From the NCBI RefSeq assembly GCF_025526975.1, contig NW_026515668.1, positions 1,488,001 to 1,552,000 on the forward strand: a stretch of DNA of 64,000 bases. The letters run 5' to 3'. The notes below the pieces were generated by a model that did not search any database, was not told the origin of the DNA, and saw only the letters and a program-made list of their open reading frames with translations. Below, one piece after another: positions 63,256 to 64,000 of the stretch (its first letter is position 1; every line of letters starts with the position of its first letter). The stretch comes from Fimicolochytrium jonesii. Lineage: Eukaryota. Position numbers and translations under genes: made by a program.

Positions 63256-64000
63256 TCAAACAATGATCGTCGTAGTAGCAACCCCATACACCGCGGTCCC
63301 TGTCGTCGTGTACGCCGGGAGCGTGCCCGGCTGCCTCCGGACCCTGCGCGGGTTCGGTGCGATGGTGACCTGCGGCAGGGTGGGGAGGGGGATGACGGGG
63401 CCGAGTGGGTCGAGGGTAGCGGTCGCTGTTGCGGTTGTGGTGCCGTCGGTGGATGCGGTGGCGGGGTCTTGGCGACGGCGAAGACGGATGGCGGTGGTTG
63501 CGGGGGCTGGCTCGCTTGCGGGGATGGTGGTGGTTTCGAGCGTGCCGATGGGGAAGAGGGGGAGTTGACGGCCGCGGAGACGGGCGGGCGCGGGGGCGGG
63601 GGCGGTGGCGGTTGCTGTGCCGGTCGTTGTCTCGATGGGGATTAAGGTGATCAAGGGGGCCTGACGTGCGCGAAGACGGGCGGGGGCGATCGCAGCTGCG
63701 GTTGCCGTCGCCGTCCCTGTGGCTGTCGCAGTATCCGTCTCGACGGGGATGGTGTCGATCAAAGGCGCTTGACGGGCGCGAAGCCGAAGAGGAGCGATTG
63801 CAGTTGCCGTGGCCGTTGCAGTAGCGGTAGCGGTCGAAGCAGCCGGAACGGTACCGATCACCCCATCTTGACGCGCGCGAAGACGAAGCGGAGCAAACGT
63901 CGCAGTCGCAGTCGCCGTCGTTCCAGACGCAGTCTCTTGCCGCCTAACCACTTGCACAAGCTTAGCAGCCTCCGTCGCAATGGCAGTAGCGGTCCCGGTC
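63256..64000 (-). CDS. Thr/Ala/Pro-rich repeat protein with recurrent basic-site+Gln motifs (5' part outside the window)
   Basis: Frame is open to the window edge. Units are separated by VRRQ, RLRARQ (x3), RLRGRQ, RLRRRQ and RVRRQ. Confidence 0.75.
   Translation of the reverse strand, partial: TGTATAIATEAAKLVQVVRRQETASGTTATATATFAPLRLRARQDGVIGTVPAASTATATATATATAIAPLRLRARQAPLIDTIPVETDTATATGTATATAAAIAPARLRARQAPLITLIPIETTTGTATATAPAPAPARLRGRQLPLFPIGTLETTTIPASEPAPATTAIRLRRRQDPATASTDGTTTATATATLDPLGPVIPLPTLPQVTIAPNPRRVRRQPGTLPAYTTTGTAVYGVATTTIIV

Overview
Eukaryotic, intron-rich, gene-dense fungal DNA, probably from a zoosporic fungus (chytrid-like): it has short GT-AG introns and an LRRC9-like ciliary gene at the left edge. 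Most of the window is housekeeping genes: NFX1/FAP1, ERG3, a P4-ATPase flippase, an acyl-CoA synthetase, mitochondrial ribosomal S19 and L17, an FG nucleoporin, RNase P p30, an acyl-CoA dehydrogenase, hexokinase, a PhzF-family enzyme, a DUF676-type hydrolase and an NDUFA4-like protein. The standout is an accessory island at about 30.4-35.4 kb carrying a six-intron Fanzor (eukaryotic TnpB-derived RNA-guided nuclease) gene. Its RuvC D/E/D residues and zinc finger are intact and it has an NLS, but it also has a premature stop and a frameshift. A structured candidate omegaRNA follows it and about 2 kb of repeat- and hairpin-rich DNA precedes it. Other notable items are two MITE-like elements (one filled with telomere-like CCCTAA repeats), a secreted protein with an ApoL/translocator-like hydrophobic hairpin, an atypical Hv1-like channel, and a repeat polyprotein with Kex2-like cleavage sites. 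All calls come from reading motifs by eye; no searches were run.
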